Of a stretch of DNA of 64,000 nucleotides, positions 46,133 to 56,499 are shown in pieces; within the stretch, counting starts at the first letter, position 1; each line of letters starts with the position of its first letter. Position numbers and translations under genes: made by a program. Below the pieces are notes generated by a model that saw nothing but the letters and a program-made list of their open reading frames with translations, was not told the origin of the DNA and made no database searches. The DNA is from an uncultured Alphaproteobacteria bacterium (GTDB lineage Bacteria; Pseudomonadota; Alphaproteobacteria; HIMB59; GCA-002718135): positions 19,789 through 83,788 of the forward strand of contig CABYHL010000003.1 in the NCBI GenBank assembly GCA_902518895.1. Direction: 5' to 3'.

Positions 46133-47514
46133 TATAAGTATTTTTTTATAACAAGTTTTATCATTTTTTTAGTAATTTCAGGAGCCGTACCCCCAAAACT
46201 TGATTTTGATTTAACACTGTTAGTAGTTGATAGCACTTTTTTTGCGTCAGCTGTTATATTTTTGTCAAATTTTTTTAATTCTCCAAGAGATAATGAATCT
46301 ATGTTTCTATCTTGTTTTGAACAATAAGAAACAATCTTTCCTGTAACAACATAAGCATCTCTAAATGAATATCTAAGATTTTGAACCAACCAATTAGCCA
46401 AATCGGTAGCGGTTGCATTTGAATTATCAATCAACTCTTTCATTCTAGTTATGTTGAATGTAGATTTTGATAAAATTTCATTCATAACTTTTATACACAA
46501 AGATACATTGTCGTATGAATTAAATGTTATTTGTTTATCGTCTTGTAAGTCTTTACTATAAGAAAGTGGTAACCCTTTAATAATATTAAGCATTGAACTT
46601 AAATTACCGATGATAATACTTGTTTTTCCTCTAACAAGCTCTGCACCATCTGGATTTTTTTTCTGAGGCATAATTGAACTACCAGTTGAAAGATCATCTG
46701 GTAAATTGATAAAATTAAATTGTTGATTTGACCAAAGTACTATTTCCTCTGCTATTTTTGATAAATGAACAGCAATTAGTGATAGAACAAATAAAAATTC
46801 TATTACAAAGTCTCTATCTGACACAGTGTCCATAGCATTTTTTGTTGGCTCTCTAAATCCCAACTCTTTAGTTGTATATTTTCTATCAATAGGAAAAGAA
46901 GTCCCTGCAAGTGCAGCTGCACCTAATGGGTTTTCATTAAGACGATATAAACAATCTTCAAGTCTTGTTCTGTCTCTACCAATCATTTCAACGTAAGCTA
47001 AAACATGATGAGCCAATGTTATTGGTTGAGCAATCTGTAAATGAGTGTAACCTGGCATAATTGTTTCAGTATTTTTTGTTGCAATATTAATTAAAGTTCT
47101 CTGAAATTTTTTTAGTTCACTATCTAAAATTTTAGTTTCTTTTTTAACCCATAATTTTAAATCAGTTACTACCTGATCATTTCTAGATCTTGCAGTATGA
47201 AGCTTTCCTGCAATTTTTCCAATTTTCTTAAATAATAAACTTTCAATGTTCATATGAATATCTTCAAGTTTTTTTGAAAATACGACCTTGTTTTTTTCAA
47301 TATCTCTTTCAATTGCTTTAAGTCCAGAGACTATTGCACTTTGTTCTTTTTTATTTATTATTTTTTGTTTACCGAGCATTCTAGCATGTGCTATTGACCC
47401 AGTTATATCTTCTTTATACAGACGTTGATCGATATCTATAGACGTATTAATTGCATCTAAAATCTCACTAGGTCCTTTTGAAAAATGGACATTTCTTGAA
47501 GGATTTTTTTTCAT
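46132..47514 (-). CDS. argH: argininosuccinate lyase
   Basis: HTARSRNDQ, MPGYTHLQ and GSSIMPQKKNPD motifs. Confidence 0.97.
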   Translation of the reverse strand: MKKNPSRNVHFSKGPSEILDAINTSIDIDQRLYKEDITGSIAHARMLGKQKIINKKEQSAIVSGLKAIERDIEKNKVVFSKKLEDIHMNIESLLFKKIGKIAGKLHTARSRNDQVVTDLKLWVKKETKILDSELKKFQRTLINIATKNTETIMPGYTHLQIAQPITLAHHVLAYVEMIGRDRTRLEDCLYRLNENPLGAAALAGTSFPIDRKYTTKELGFREPTKNAMDTVSDRDFVIEFLFVLSLIAVHLSKIAEEIVLWSNQQFNFINLPDDLSTGSSIMPQKKNPDGAELVRGKTSIIIGNLSSMLNIIKGLPLSYSKDLQDDKQITFNSYDNVSLCIKVMNEILSKSTFNITRMKELIDNSNATATDLANWLVQNLRYSFRDAYVVTGKIVSYCSKQDRNIDSLSLGELKKFDKNITADAKKVLSTTNSVKSKSSFGGTAPEITKKMIKLVIKKYL

Positions 47515-47618
47515 TTTGCGCGCCTATAAGAGATATTTATATTAATTTCCACCCTTATGCTTAAATTATTTTCATACGGCAAATTTTTCTTATATAAGCT
47601 CACCTTTATAGAACTCAC

Positions 47619-49853
47619 ATGAATATTAAAAAAGTAGTAGTAATAGGATCTGGCACTATGGGCAGTGGAATCGCAGCCCAAATAGCAAATGCTAATATTG
47701 ATGTTACACTTCTAGACTTACCTTCAAAAGAAGGATCTAGAAACCAAATTACAGAAAACGCTAAAGAAAGAATTAAAAAATCACGACCTCCACTTTTAGT
47801 AGAAAAAAACAAAGCAGAATTAATTAAGGTTGGAAATATTGAGGATGACTTTAATGAAGTTGCGGAAGCTGATTGGGTTGTGGAGGCTGTTGTTGAGAGA
47901 ATAGATATTAAACATAACATTTATGATAAAATTCAGACTACAAGAAAGAACAATTCTATAATTTCATCTAATACATCTACAATTCCATTGAAAATCTTAT
48001 CTGCAAATATGTCAGATGAAATGAAAAAAAATTTTTGCATTACCCATTTTTTTAACCCAGTTCGATATATGGCATTGCTAGAGATAGTAACTGAAAAAGC
48101 TAATGACAATGAAAAAATAAATTTATTAAAACAATTTTGTGATGAAAAACTTGGTAAAGGTGTAATTATTTGTAACGACACTCCAGGATTTATTGGAAAC
48201 AGAATTGGAGTTTATGCAATGCAAGTTGCTATGACTGAAGCTTTTAAAATGAAGATATCAATTGAAGAAGCTGATGCAGTATTTGGAAGACCAATGGGTA
48301 TCCCGAAGACTGGAATTTTTGGACTATACGATTTAATTGGTATCGATTTGATGGCTGATGTTTTAAAAAGTTTTATCAAAGAACTCCCAAAAGAAGATTC
48401 TTTCCACGAGGTTGCACAAGAAATTCCATTGGTCACAAAACTTATTGAAACTGGGTATACAGGAAGAAAAGGTAAGGGTGGTTTTTATAGAATGAATAAA
48501 TCTGATGGTAAAAAAATTCTTGAAGCAATTAATTTAGAAACTGGCGAGTATCACCCAAGTCAGAAAATTAATTTAGGCATGGGAGATAAAATTGACATAA
48601 ATAAACTCATTCAAAGAAAAGACAAATACGGTGAATATGCAAAATCAATTCTGACAAAAGTAATTAGGTATGCTGCATATTTAATCCCTGATGTATCATC
48701 AAAATATATAGATATAGATGATGCACTAAGATTAGGTTTTAATTGGACTGTCGGCCCTTTTGAAATGCTTTCAAATATTGATACAAAAAATTTTATTGAT
48801 CAAAATACTGATATTAACTTCTTTAAAGATCTAAAGGGAATTTTTGAATTTAATAAAAGACCTGGATATTTAGATTCAAGTATTGATAATTTAAGATCAT
48901 TAAATTTACAAAAAACTTTTGAGAACCCTTCTGCTAATATTAAAAATGCTTCATTATATCAGGTTGTTGAATTTACTACTAAGGCAAACGCTTTAGATAC
49001 TGACTCTATGTTAGCTTTAAAAGAAGCTGCTCAAAATAATAAAAGCACAATTGTGATTAATGATGCAATGCAATTTTCTGCTGGTGTAAATTTAAATTAT
49101 GTCATGGAATTTGCTAAAAATAATGAATGGTCTAAAATTGAAAAATTTATAATTGATTTCCAACAAACGTGTAAAACAATAAAATATGCAGATAAGCCTT
49201 TTATTGCTGCGCCATCAGGACTTGCTATTGGCGGTGGTTTTGAAGTGGTATTGCATTGTGATTATAACGTTGCTCATACAAATGTTGTTCTTGGACTAGT
49301 TGAATCTTTAGTTGGACTTATTCCTGCTGGTGGGGGTTGTAAGGAAATGCTGTGGCGTTGGTTACAAACTCCAGAAGGTAAAGAAAATTCTGAACATGCG
49401 TCTATGAAAGTTTTTGATCTTATTGGTTATGCTATTACTGCTACCTCACCAAATGAAGCGTTGCCAAATCAATTCTTTTTAGAAAAGGATAAGATGGTAA
49501 TAAATAGAGACAGACAATTATCAACGGCTATCGATTTATTAAATAATATTGAGGGAGGTTATGAAAAACCTTCTCAACCTAAATTCAATTTAGGCGGTAG
49601 TGCTGTCAGAGATAAAATGTTTGAAAAACTTGAAGCACTATATAATGAAAATAAAATTTTAGACCACGGATTAGAAGTAGGTAAGCAAATTGCTTTTGTA
49701 CTTAGTGGTGGAAATACAAATATTGATAATGAATTAAGTGAAGATGATCTTTATAATCTTGAATTGGAAGCTTTCATGAGACTTATCCAGATGCCTAAAA
49801 CTCAAGAGCGAATAAAACATACACTTGAAACTGGAAAACCATTAGTAAATTAA
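47619..49853 (+). CDS. 3-hydroxyacyl-CoA dehydrogenase / enoyl-CoA hydratase (FadN-type, dehydrogenase N-terminal)
   Basis: GSGTMG, HFFNP and PGFIGNR, then crotonase motifs FSAGVNL and GGGFE. Confidence 0.92.
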   Translation: MNIKKVVVIGSGTMGSGIAAQIANANIDVTLLDLPSKEGSRNQITENAKERIKKSRPPLLVEKNKAELIKVGNIEDDFNEVAEADWVVEAVVERIDIKHNIYDKIQTTRKNNSIISSNTSTIPLKILSANMSDEMKKNFCITHFFNPVRYMALLEIVTEKANDNEKINLLKQFCDEKLGKGVIICNDTPGFIGNRIGVYAMQVAMTEAFKMKISIEEADAVFGRPMGIPKTGIFGLYDLIGIDLMADVLKSFIKELPKEDSFHEVAQEIPLVTKLIETGYTGRKGKGGFYRMNKSDGKKILEAINLETGEYHPSQKINLGMGDKIDINKLIQRKDKYGEYAKSILTKVIRYAAYLIPDVSSKYIDIDDALRLGFNWTVGPFEMLSNIDTKNFIDQNTDINFFKDLKGIFEFNKRPGYLDSSIDNLRSLNLQKTFENPSANIKNASLYQVVEFTTKANALDTDSMLALKEAAQNNKSTIVINDAMQFSAGVNLNYVMEFAKNNEWSKIEKFIIDFQQTCKTIKYADKPFIAAPSGLAIGGGFEVVLHCDYNVAHTNVVLGLVESLVGLIPAGGGCKEMLWRWLQTPEGKENSEHASMKVFDLIGYAITATSPNEALPNQFFLEKDKMVINRDRQLSTAIDLLNNIEGGYEKPSQPKFNLGGSAVRDKMFEKLEALYNENKILDHGLEVGKQIAFVLSGGNTNIDNELSEDDLYNLELEAFMRLIQMPKTQERIKHTLETGKPLVN

Positions 49854-49891
49854 ATTAATTTCTTGTAGTATTTGATCCTTTAAGGAAACAG

Positions 49892-51523
49892 ATGAGTAAT
49901 TTTGATACAAACCTAGATAAAAATTCAGCCAATTTTGTTCCACTATCACCATTAAGTTTTATAACTCGCGTGAAAGATATTTATCCAAACTATGACTCTT
50001 TAGTTTATGGAAAAAGAAGTTACACTTGGCTTGAAACCTATAATCGGTGTACCAAGTTTGCTAGTGCATTAGCAAAAAAAGGAATTACAAAAGGAAGTAC
50101 CGTTTCAATCATAGCGGCAAATACTCCGGAATTATTCGAAGCACATTATTCTATCCCAATGACTGGCGGCGTTATTAATACGATCAATACTAGACTTGAT
50201 GCAGATACAATTGCGTATATTCTAGATCATAGTGATGCAAAGCTTCTTATAACTGATACTCAATTTTCACCTACAATGAAAAAGGCTTTAAAAATATATG
50301 GGAAGAATATTCCTATTATTGACATTCATGATGATCAGGCAGTTTTTAAAGATGGTGAGGGTGAACAAATTGGAGAAATGACATATGAAGAATTTTTACA
50401 AACAGGTGATGACAATTATAATTGGTCTTTACCTGAAGATGAATGGCAAGCAATCTCACTAAGCTATACATCAGGCACAACTGGTAAACCAAAAGGTGTT
50501 GTGTATCACCACCGTGGATCATATTTAATGTCTACAGGAAGTGTTACGGCATGGAACATGCCTAATAAATTAACATTTCTTTATACTGTTCCAATGTTCC
50601 ACTGTAACGGATGGGGCTATCCTTGGACAGCCGCTTTAATACATGCAAAGATTATTTGCTGCAGGTACATTGTTGCGAAAGATATTTATAATTTAATAGA
50701 TAAATACAATGTAACTCATTTTGGAGGCGCTCCTATAGTTTTAAGTTTAATTGCTAACGCAGATGAGAGAGATAAAAAGGAAATAAATCATAAAGTGTAT
50801 GTATTAACTGCTGGAGCTCCACCAACGAGTGCAATTCTTGAAAAGATGGATAACTTAGGTTTTGAAGTTATGCATGTATATGGGCTAACTGAAACATATG
50901 GCCATATTCTTCAATGCGCTTGGAATGAAGAATGGGAATCACAATCAAAATCTGAAAAAGCTGATATTAAAGCAAGACAGGGTGTTCGTTATCCAAATAC
51001 TGAAGAAGTTTGTGTCGCAGATCCAGAGACCTATGAAAAAGTTCCAATGGATGGAGAAACTATGGGAGAGATTTTAATTCGAGGAAATGTTGTAATGAAA
51101 GGATATTACAAAAATAAAGAGGCAACTGAAGCATCCATGAAAAAAGGATGGTTTCACTCTGGTGATTTAGCCGTTGTCTATCCTGATGGATATATTCAAA
51201 TAAAAGATAGATCTAAAGATATTATAATTTCTGGAGGAGAAAATATTTCATCTGTGGAAGTGGAGAATGTTGTTGCAAAACATCCATCTGTTTCCTTGGT
51301 TGCAGTAGTTGCCAAACCAGATGAGAAGTGGGGTGAAACACCATGTGCTTTTGTAGAATTAGCACCTGGAAAAAATGCCACAGAAGAGGATATAATTCAG
51401 TTTTGTAAAGAAAATATGGCTGGATTTAAAAGACCAAAGCATGTAATCTTTGGTGAATTACCAAAAACTTCAACAGGGAAGATACAAAAGTTTGAATTAA
51501 GAACAAAAGCAAAGGAGTTATAA
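49892..51523 (+). CDS. dmdB: acyl-CoA ligase, DmdB-like (3-methylmercaptopropionate-CoA ligase clade)
   Basis: NFVPLSPLSF N-terminus, YTSGTTGKPKG, PMFHCNGW, YGLTETYG and PKTSTGK. Resembles the Pelagibacter DmdB sequence as I recall it. Confidence 0.78.
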   Translation: MSNFDTNLDKNSANFVPLSPLSFITRVKDIYPNYDSLVYGKRSYTWLETYNRCTKFASALAKKGITKGSTVSIIAANTPELFEAHYSIPMTGGVINTINTRLDADTIAYILDHSDAKLLITDTQFSPTMKKALKIYGKNIPIIDIHDDQAVFKDGEGEQIGEMTYEEFLQTGDDNYNWSLPEDEWQAISLSYTSGTTGKPKGVVYHHRGSYLMSTGSVTAWNMPNKLTFLYTVPMFHCNGWGYPWTAALIHAKIICCRYIVAKDIYNLIDKYNVTHFGGAPIVLSLIANADERDKKEINHKVYVLTAGAPPTSAILEKMDNLGFEVMHVYGLTETYGHILQCAWNEEWESQSKSEKADIKARQGVRYPNTEEVCVADPETYEKVPMDGETMGEILIRGNVVMKGYYKNKEATEASMKKGWFHSGDLAVVYPDGYIQIKDRSKDIIISGGENISSVEVENVVAKHPSVSLVAVVAKPDEKWGETPCAFVELAPGKNATEEDIIQFCKENMAGFKRPKHVIFGELPKTSTGKIQKFELRTKAKEL

Positions 51524-52833
51524 TGGATCCAAAAACTTATAAATTTGACACACTCAGTCTACATGCTGGTTATCAACCAAGTAAAAACGCTGGCTCAAGA
51601 CAAGTTCCAATTTATCAAACAACTTCATATATGTTCGATGATGTTGATCATGCGGCAGCACTTTTTAATTTAGAAAGAGGTGGTCATATTTATAGTCGTA
51701 TGTCCAACCCAACAGTACAAGTCCTAGAAGAAAGAGTTTGTGCTCTTGAAGGAGGAACAGCTGCTCTTGCAACTGCATCTGGAATGAGTGCAATTTTTTT
51801 AACTATTATGACTCTTTGTAACGCTGGCGATCACATGGTTGTTTCTTCTCAGCTTTACGGTGGAACAGTAAATTTATTTAGATTAACACTTCCTAAGTTT
51901 GGTATTAAAACAACTTTTGTAAAACCAAGAGATACAGAAGGTTTTAAAAAAGCTATTCAACCAAATACTAAAGGTATTTTTGGTGAGCTTGTTGGTAATC
52001 CTGGTAATGAATTAATGAACATGCCTGAAGTTTCAAACATAGCAAAAGAAGCAGGTATCCCACTAATAATTGACAGTACTTATCAAACTCCTTATTTGTG
52101 CAGACCTTTTGAACACGGAGCTGACCTTGTTGTACACTCACTAACTAAATGGATGAGTGGCAATGGTTCTTCAATGGCAGGAATATTAGTTGAAGGTGGA
52201 ACTTTTGATTGGATGCAAAATGATAAATTTCCTTCTATGACAGAACCTTACGAGGGCTATCATGGACTATCATTTGCAGAAGAATTTGGTCCAACAGCTT
52301 TTACAATGATGGCAAGAGCTGAGGGTATGAGAGATATGGGGCCTTGTTTAGCTCCTCAAAATGCTTGGAATATTTTACATGGTTTAGAAACTCTTTCTCT
52401 TCGAATGGAAAAACATTGTTCTAATGCTTTGAAAATGGTTGAGTATTTATCAAATCATGAGAGTGTTGCTTGGGTTTCACATGCTAGCGCACCAGGACAT
52501 CCAGATAAAGAACTTGCAGAAAAAATTCTTCCTAAAGGAACTGGGTCAATGATTGCCTTTGGAATTAAAGGTGGAAAAGAAGCAGGTGCTGCTTTTATTA
52601 ATAATGTTAAACTTGCGTCACATTTAGCAAATGTTGGTGATGCAAGAACACTAGTTATACACCCAGCATCTGCAACACACTCACAAATGGATGAGGCAAC
52701 TTTAAAATTTGCTGGATTATCTCATGATATGATTAGATTATCTGTTGGCTTAGAAGACTTTGAAGATATTGTAAACGATTTCGAAGATGGATTCAGAGCT
52801 GCAAAAAAACCTCGTTTAGTTGCAAACAAATAA
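51523..52833 (+). CDS. metY: O-acetylhomoserine aminocarboxypropyltransferase (sulfhydrylase)
   Basis: PIYQTTSY, YSRMSNPT, PLP Lys HSLTKW and HLANVGD motifs; TAATG overlap with dmdB. Confidence 0.92.
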   Translation: MDPKTYKFDTLSLHAGYQPSKNAGSRQVPIYQTTSYMFDDVDHAAALFNLERGGHIYSRMSNPTVQVLEERVCALEGGTAALATASGMSAIFLTIMTLCNAGDHMVVSSQLYGGTVNLFRLTLPKFGIKTTFVKPRDTEGFKKAIQPNTKGIFGELVGNPGNELMNMPEVSNIAKEAGIPLIIDSTYQTPYLCRPFEHGADLVVHSLTKWMSGNGSSMAGILVEGGTFDWMQNDKFPSMTEPYEGYHGLSFAEEFGPTAFTMMARAEGMRDMGPCLAPQNAWNILHGLETLSLRMEKHCSNALKMVEYLSNHESVAWVSHASAPGHPDKELAEKILPKGTGSMIAFGIKGGKEAGAAFINNVKLASHLANVGDARTLVIHPASATHSQMDEATLKFAGLSHDMIRLSVGLEDFEDIVNDFEDGFRAAKKPRLVANK

Positions 52834-53649
52834 ATGAAGTTTAAAGTTCGCGGAATTGATACGTTTGCCTCCACTGGAGGCAGACCTTTTGATAAAAATA
52901 AACCCCTTATAATCTTCGTTCACGGCAGTGGACTAAGTCACATGGTTTGGGTTTTACAAACACGCTACTTTGCATTCCGTGGATATAGCGTTTTAGCCGT
53001 TGATTTACCAGGTCACGGACTTTCTTCTGGTGAAAGTTTAAAAACTATTGAAGAAATGGGAAACTGGGTTGGTGATGTAATTGGAGCAGTTGGATGTAAA
53101 GAAGCTTCACTTGTTGGACATTCTCAAGGATGTCTTGTAACAATGGAATGTGTTGCTCAACACCCAGAAAAAATTAAAACGTTAACTCTTATGGGTGGCG
53201 CATCTGCAATTCCAATGAATCCTGAACTATTAAGGCTTGCTGAAGAGAGTAATCCTAAGGCTGTTGATCTTATGATGGATTTTGCGCACGGGCCTGCAGG
53301 ACATTTTGGAGGTCACCCTGTTCCTGGCTTATATCACCTAAATGTTGGTTCTATGATAGTTCAAAATAAAGAAATTAAAGATACCTTAGGTGTGGATTTT
53401 AGAGCATGCGATAATTATAAAAACGGACCTGAGATTGCTAAAAAATTAGATTTACCAACTCTCTCTATATTAGGTGCACAAGATAGAATGTGCCGTTTAA
53501 AAGATGGAAAAATTCTTGCTGATTATATTAAAGGCTCGGAAGTAAAGATTATTGAAGATTGTGGTCATATGATGCTCCTAGAAGAAGCAGATCAAACATT
53601 AGAAATTCTAAAGAAGTTCATAGCTGAACATTATCCGTTACCCAGTTAA
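52834..53649 (+). CDS. alpha/beta fold hydrolase
   Basis: FVHG, DLPGHG, GHSQG and CGHM motifs; abuts the metY stop. Confidence 0.9.
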   Translation: MKFKVRGIDTFASTGGRPFDKNKPLIIFVHGSGLSHMVWVLQTRYFAFRGYSVLAVDLPGHGLSSGESLKTIEEMGNWVGDVIGAVGCKEASLVGHSQGCLVTMECVAQHPEKIKTLTLMGGASAIPMNPELLRLAEESNPKAVDLMMDFAHGPAGHFGGHPVPGLYHLNVGSMIVQNKEIKDTLGVDFRACDNYKNGPEIAKKLDLPTLSILGAQDRMCRLKDGKILADYIKGSEVKIIEDCGHMMLLEEADQTLEILKKFIAEHYPLPS

Positions 53650-53684
53650 TAAATTTTAAAAATTTTTAATAATTAATATATCTT

Positions 53685-53870
53685 CTATTGCTGATTTTCT
53701 TCTTTATCAGGTCTTGTAAGTTCTTCGAGTTTACGCATTTCCTCTTCCATTTTAAGCTTTTCTTGCTCTTCGCGTTTCTTCTTACGTTCCTCAGCTTTCA
53801 TTTTAAGCTTTAACTCTTTTTGCATTTTGCGGTCTCCCGCTCTTGATTTGTGATTAAAATGGATTCCCAT
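53685..53870 (-). CDS. small highly charged hypothetical protein
   Basis: 61-aa E/K/R-rich helical ORF, GC-richer than its flanks, filling the gap between genes. Confidence 0.7.
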   Translation of the reverse strand: MGIHFNHKSRAGDRKMQKELKLKMKAEERKKKREEQEKLKMEEEMRKLEELTRPDKEENQQ

Positions 53871-53920
53871 AATGAGCGTGTATATACTAAAAATTTAATG
53901 ATTTATCTAGACTCTAAATT

Positions 53921-54115
53921 TTAATTTCTGGCAAGCCAGACAATAACGACAAAAACAAATATAGCTATAGCTTGAAAAAGTACTCTTAAACGCATTAGCT
54001 TATTACTATGATTTTTATTAAGTTTGCCATTTACAGCCATTGCTATGACCCCAATGACTACGACTGCTAGAGTTGCAGCCATAAATAAAACTAGCACTAT
54101 TTGCATTGTACCCAT
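53921..54115 (-). CDS. twin transmembrane helix small protein (HIG1 domain)
   Basis: Two TM helices with SNKLMRLRVLFQAIA. Confidence 0.88.
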   Translation of the reverse strand: MGTMQIVLVLFMAATLAVVVIGVIAMAVNGKLNKNHSNKLMRLRVLFQAIAIFVFVVIVWLARN

Positions 54116-54173
54116 ATATCTATCTATATAAAACTTTTATTGAATGAAGCAAGAATTCATACATAAGGTCAGT

Positions 54174-54848
54174 ATGGACAATATATTATTAGGCCCATCA
54201 ATATCAAAACACGATAAACCTAAGAAATTAATGGTAATGCTTCATGGTTATGGTGACAATGCTGCTAATTTTATTCATTTAGCAGAACCTTTAGACCAAG
54301 ATGAATGGGGAATGCATTATGTAGCTTTAAATGCACCAAGTATTATGCCTGGCAATCCAATGGGTTATCAATGGTTTGATTTATATTTGAACGGTGTTTA
54401 TATTTCTGATGTTGGTCCAAAAGAATTTGAAAATGTTAGAAATTTAATAAATGAAAATGTTAAAAAAATTTCTAATACGATATCTCTTCTTACAAATGAT
54501 TTAAACATAGAGATGAGTGATTGTTTTGTTATGGGTTTTTCTCAAGGAGGCATAATGGCTTTTGAATTGGGTCAATCTCTTAATCAAAAATTAGCTGGCA
54601 TAGCAATTATTTCTTCAAGAATAATTTCAAGAGAATTTGTTCCAAAAAATTCATTTTTAGAAACACCAATATTTATTTCACATGGTGGACTAGATAATGT
54701 GCTACCTGTTTCAAATTTCAATCAATCAGTTGAAATTCTAAAAAAATATAATTTTAAATTTGTATCTCACCTTTTACCAAATGATGAGCATACTATGTCG
54801 CAAGAAACAATAACTTTATTCCAAAACTTTATTAAAAAAAATATTTAA
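54174..54848 (+). CDS. phospholipase/carboxylesterase (YpfH-like)
   Basis: MLHGYG, QWF, GFSQG and HGGLD motifs. Start could alternatively be 54144. Confidence 0.9.
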   Translation: MDNILLGPSISKHDKPKKLMVMLHGYGDNAANFIHLAEPLDQDEWGMHYVALNAPSIMPGNPMGYQWFDLYLNGVYISDVGPKEFENVRNLINENVKKISNTISLLTNDLNIEMSDCFVMGFSQGGIMAFELGQSLNQKLAGIAIISSRIISREFVPKNSFLETPIFISHGGLDNVLPVSNFNQSVEILKKYNFKFVSHLLPNDEHTMSQETITLFQNFIKKNI

Positions 54849-54912
54849 AGTAATCGAATCTTAATATTATATTACTATTTTAATAATATGACTTGGGTGA
54901 GTAGAAAATAAA

Positions 54913-55467
54913 ATGAGTACCGCAGAAAATCCAGCTTTGGTTCTTAATGCTGATTTTCGGCCACTATCCTATTACCCACTTTCCTTATGCTCATGGCAAG
55001 ATGCTATTAAAGCCGTTTTTCTTGAAAGAGTTTCAGTGATTGAAAATTACGAGCATGAAGTTCATTCCCCAAATCTTACATTTAAGTTACCAAGTGTAAT
55101 TGCACTTAAAGATTATGTAACGCCTCAAAGAAGACCTGCGTTCACTCGTTTTAATGTATTTTTAAGAGATAATTTTACTTGCCAGTATTGCACTAATCGT
55201 TTTCCTGCCAACGAGCTGACATTTGATCACTTAGTGCCTAAATGTTTAAATGGAAAAACTACATGGGAGAATGTAGTTTCTGCTTGTACGTCCTGTAATT
55301 TAAAAAAGGGAAGAAAATTAATTCACAATACAGATATGAAACTTTTTAAAAAACCACTTCGACCATCTTCTATTCAACTACAAAACAATGGTAGGAATTT
55401 TCCACCAAATTTTTTGCATGAAACTTGGAGAGATTATTTGTACTGGGATACAGAATTAGAAAATTAA
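54913..55467 (+). CDS. stand-alone HNH endonuclease
   Basis: LVLNAD, RDNFTCQYC, TFDHLVP and WENVVSACTSCNLKKG. Confidence 0.92.
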   Translation: MSTAENPALVLNADFRPLSYYPLSLCSWQDAIKAVFLERVSVIENYEHEVHSPNLTFKLPSVIALKDYVTPQRRPAFTRFNVFLRDNFTCQYCTNRFPANELTFDHLVPKCLNGKTTWENVVSACTSCNLKKGRKLIHNTDMKLFKKPLRPSSIQLQNNGRNFPPNFLHETWRDYLYWDTELEN

Positions 55468-56033
55468 ATTTTTTTTGAGATTGCAATAGCAGTTTTACAT
55501 CCAAGCTCAATTACTTTAGTCATAATTTTATAACCTGGGGCTTTTTCCGCATCGTGTTCTATTCCAATATCATGGTGCTCTAGTTCATCATCTCGGAATT
55601 TAGAAATTGTTTTTTTTAAATCTTTATGATCATCTCCTAAGAGCTCCAATTGTTCTTGGTAATGTTCACCGATTACTTTTTCAACAGCAACAGTACACGC
55701 CATGGCAGCTTTTTCACCCATTAAGGCAGTGGATGCGCCAAGCGCATAACCTGCAACATTCCATAAAGGAAGGAGAGCAGTTGGCCTAACTCTATGTTCT
55801 AATATTAGTTCATTGAATTTATCAATATGCTCTTTTTCTTGGTCAGCCATATGTTGAATCGTTTTTCCAAGTTTTGAGTTCTTCCCAAAAACTGCTATTT
55901 GCCCGTCATATATTTTAGTTGCACCATATTCACCTGCATGATCGACTCTTATGATTTCTTCCAAAATCTCCCTATGAGTAATTCTATTTGAAGAGTGTTT
56001 TTTTTTAGACGCTTTTTTCTTTTTTAATGCCAT
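55464..56033 (-). CDS. coq7: demethoxyubiquinone hydroxylase (di-iron)
   Basis: IRVDHAGEYGA, EKEH and DELEH motifs. Start set at ATG 56033. Confidence 0.92.
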   Translation of the reverse strand: MALKKKKASKKKHSSNRITHREILEEIIRVDHAGEYGATKIYDGQIAVFGKNSKLGKTIQHMADQEKEHIDKFNELILEHRVRPTALLPLWNVAGYALGASTALMGEKAAMACTVAVEKVIGEHYQEQLELLGDDHKDLKKTISKFRDDELEHHDIGIEHDAEKAPGYKIMTKVIELGCKTAIAISKKI

Positions 56034-56499
56034 AGTATCTAAATAAATAAATAGCATTTAAAATAAAAATAACTAGTAAAACTAGTGTATTAATTGAAGC
56101 AGCAGAAATTCCAAAAAAACTCCAAATAACTTCATCACAACTAATTACCTGCTTTGATAATATCTGTGCTTTAAGGTCTGAAGCATTCTCACTGTTAGTT
56201 AACATTGCTGAACAACCTGCTGGTCCTTTAAGAATTTTATTTTCAACTCCAACATGCCATATAGAATAAAAAAGCCCGTAAACTGATGCAAACTGTATTA
56301 CTAAATAAAGCCAAATTTTATTTAAATTTTTGAATAAAAATATCAAAATTAAACATATTAAAATTAAATAATACGGATGTCTTTGCTTTAAACACAACTC
56401 ACATGGCTGAAGATTAAAAAAGTATTCAGCAATTAATGCTGATGATATCGAGATAAGTGAAATAATAAATAAAAGTTTTATCCAATTACGAATTATCAT
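56005..56499 (-). CDS. dsbB: disulfide bond formation protein B family
   Basis: PCELCLKQR, a second Cys pair and four TM helices. Confidence 0.9.
   Translation of the reverse strand: MIIRNWIKLLFIISLISISSALIAEYFFNLQPCELCLKQRHPYYLILICLILIFLFKNLNKIWLYLVIQFASVYGLFYSIWHVGVENKILKGPAGCSAMLTNSENASDLKAQILSKQVISCDEVIWSFFGISAASINTLVLLVIFILNAIYLFRYYGIKKEKSV

Noticed and set aside
53650-53684. AT-only palindrome TTAAAAATTTTTAA and CtrA-like TTAA pairs
   Set aside because: Low-complexity AT sequence between convergent genes; the spacing does not match TTAA-N7-TTAA.
55389-55396. TGGTAGGA match to the tRNA-Leu 3' end as an att duplication
   Set aside because: Only 8 nt, inside an intact coding sequence, and expected by chance.
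54913-55467. HNH nuclease as a defence system or mobile element
   Set aside because: A common stand-alone subfamily, with no methylase, cas gene, repeats or mobility genes nearby.
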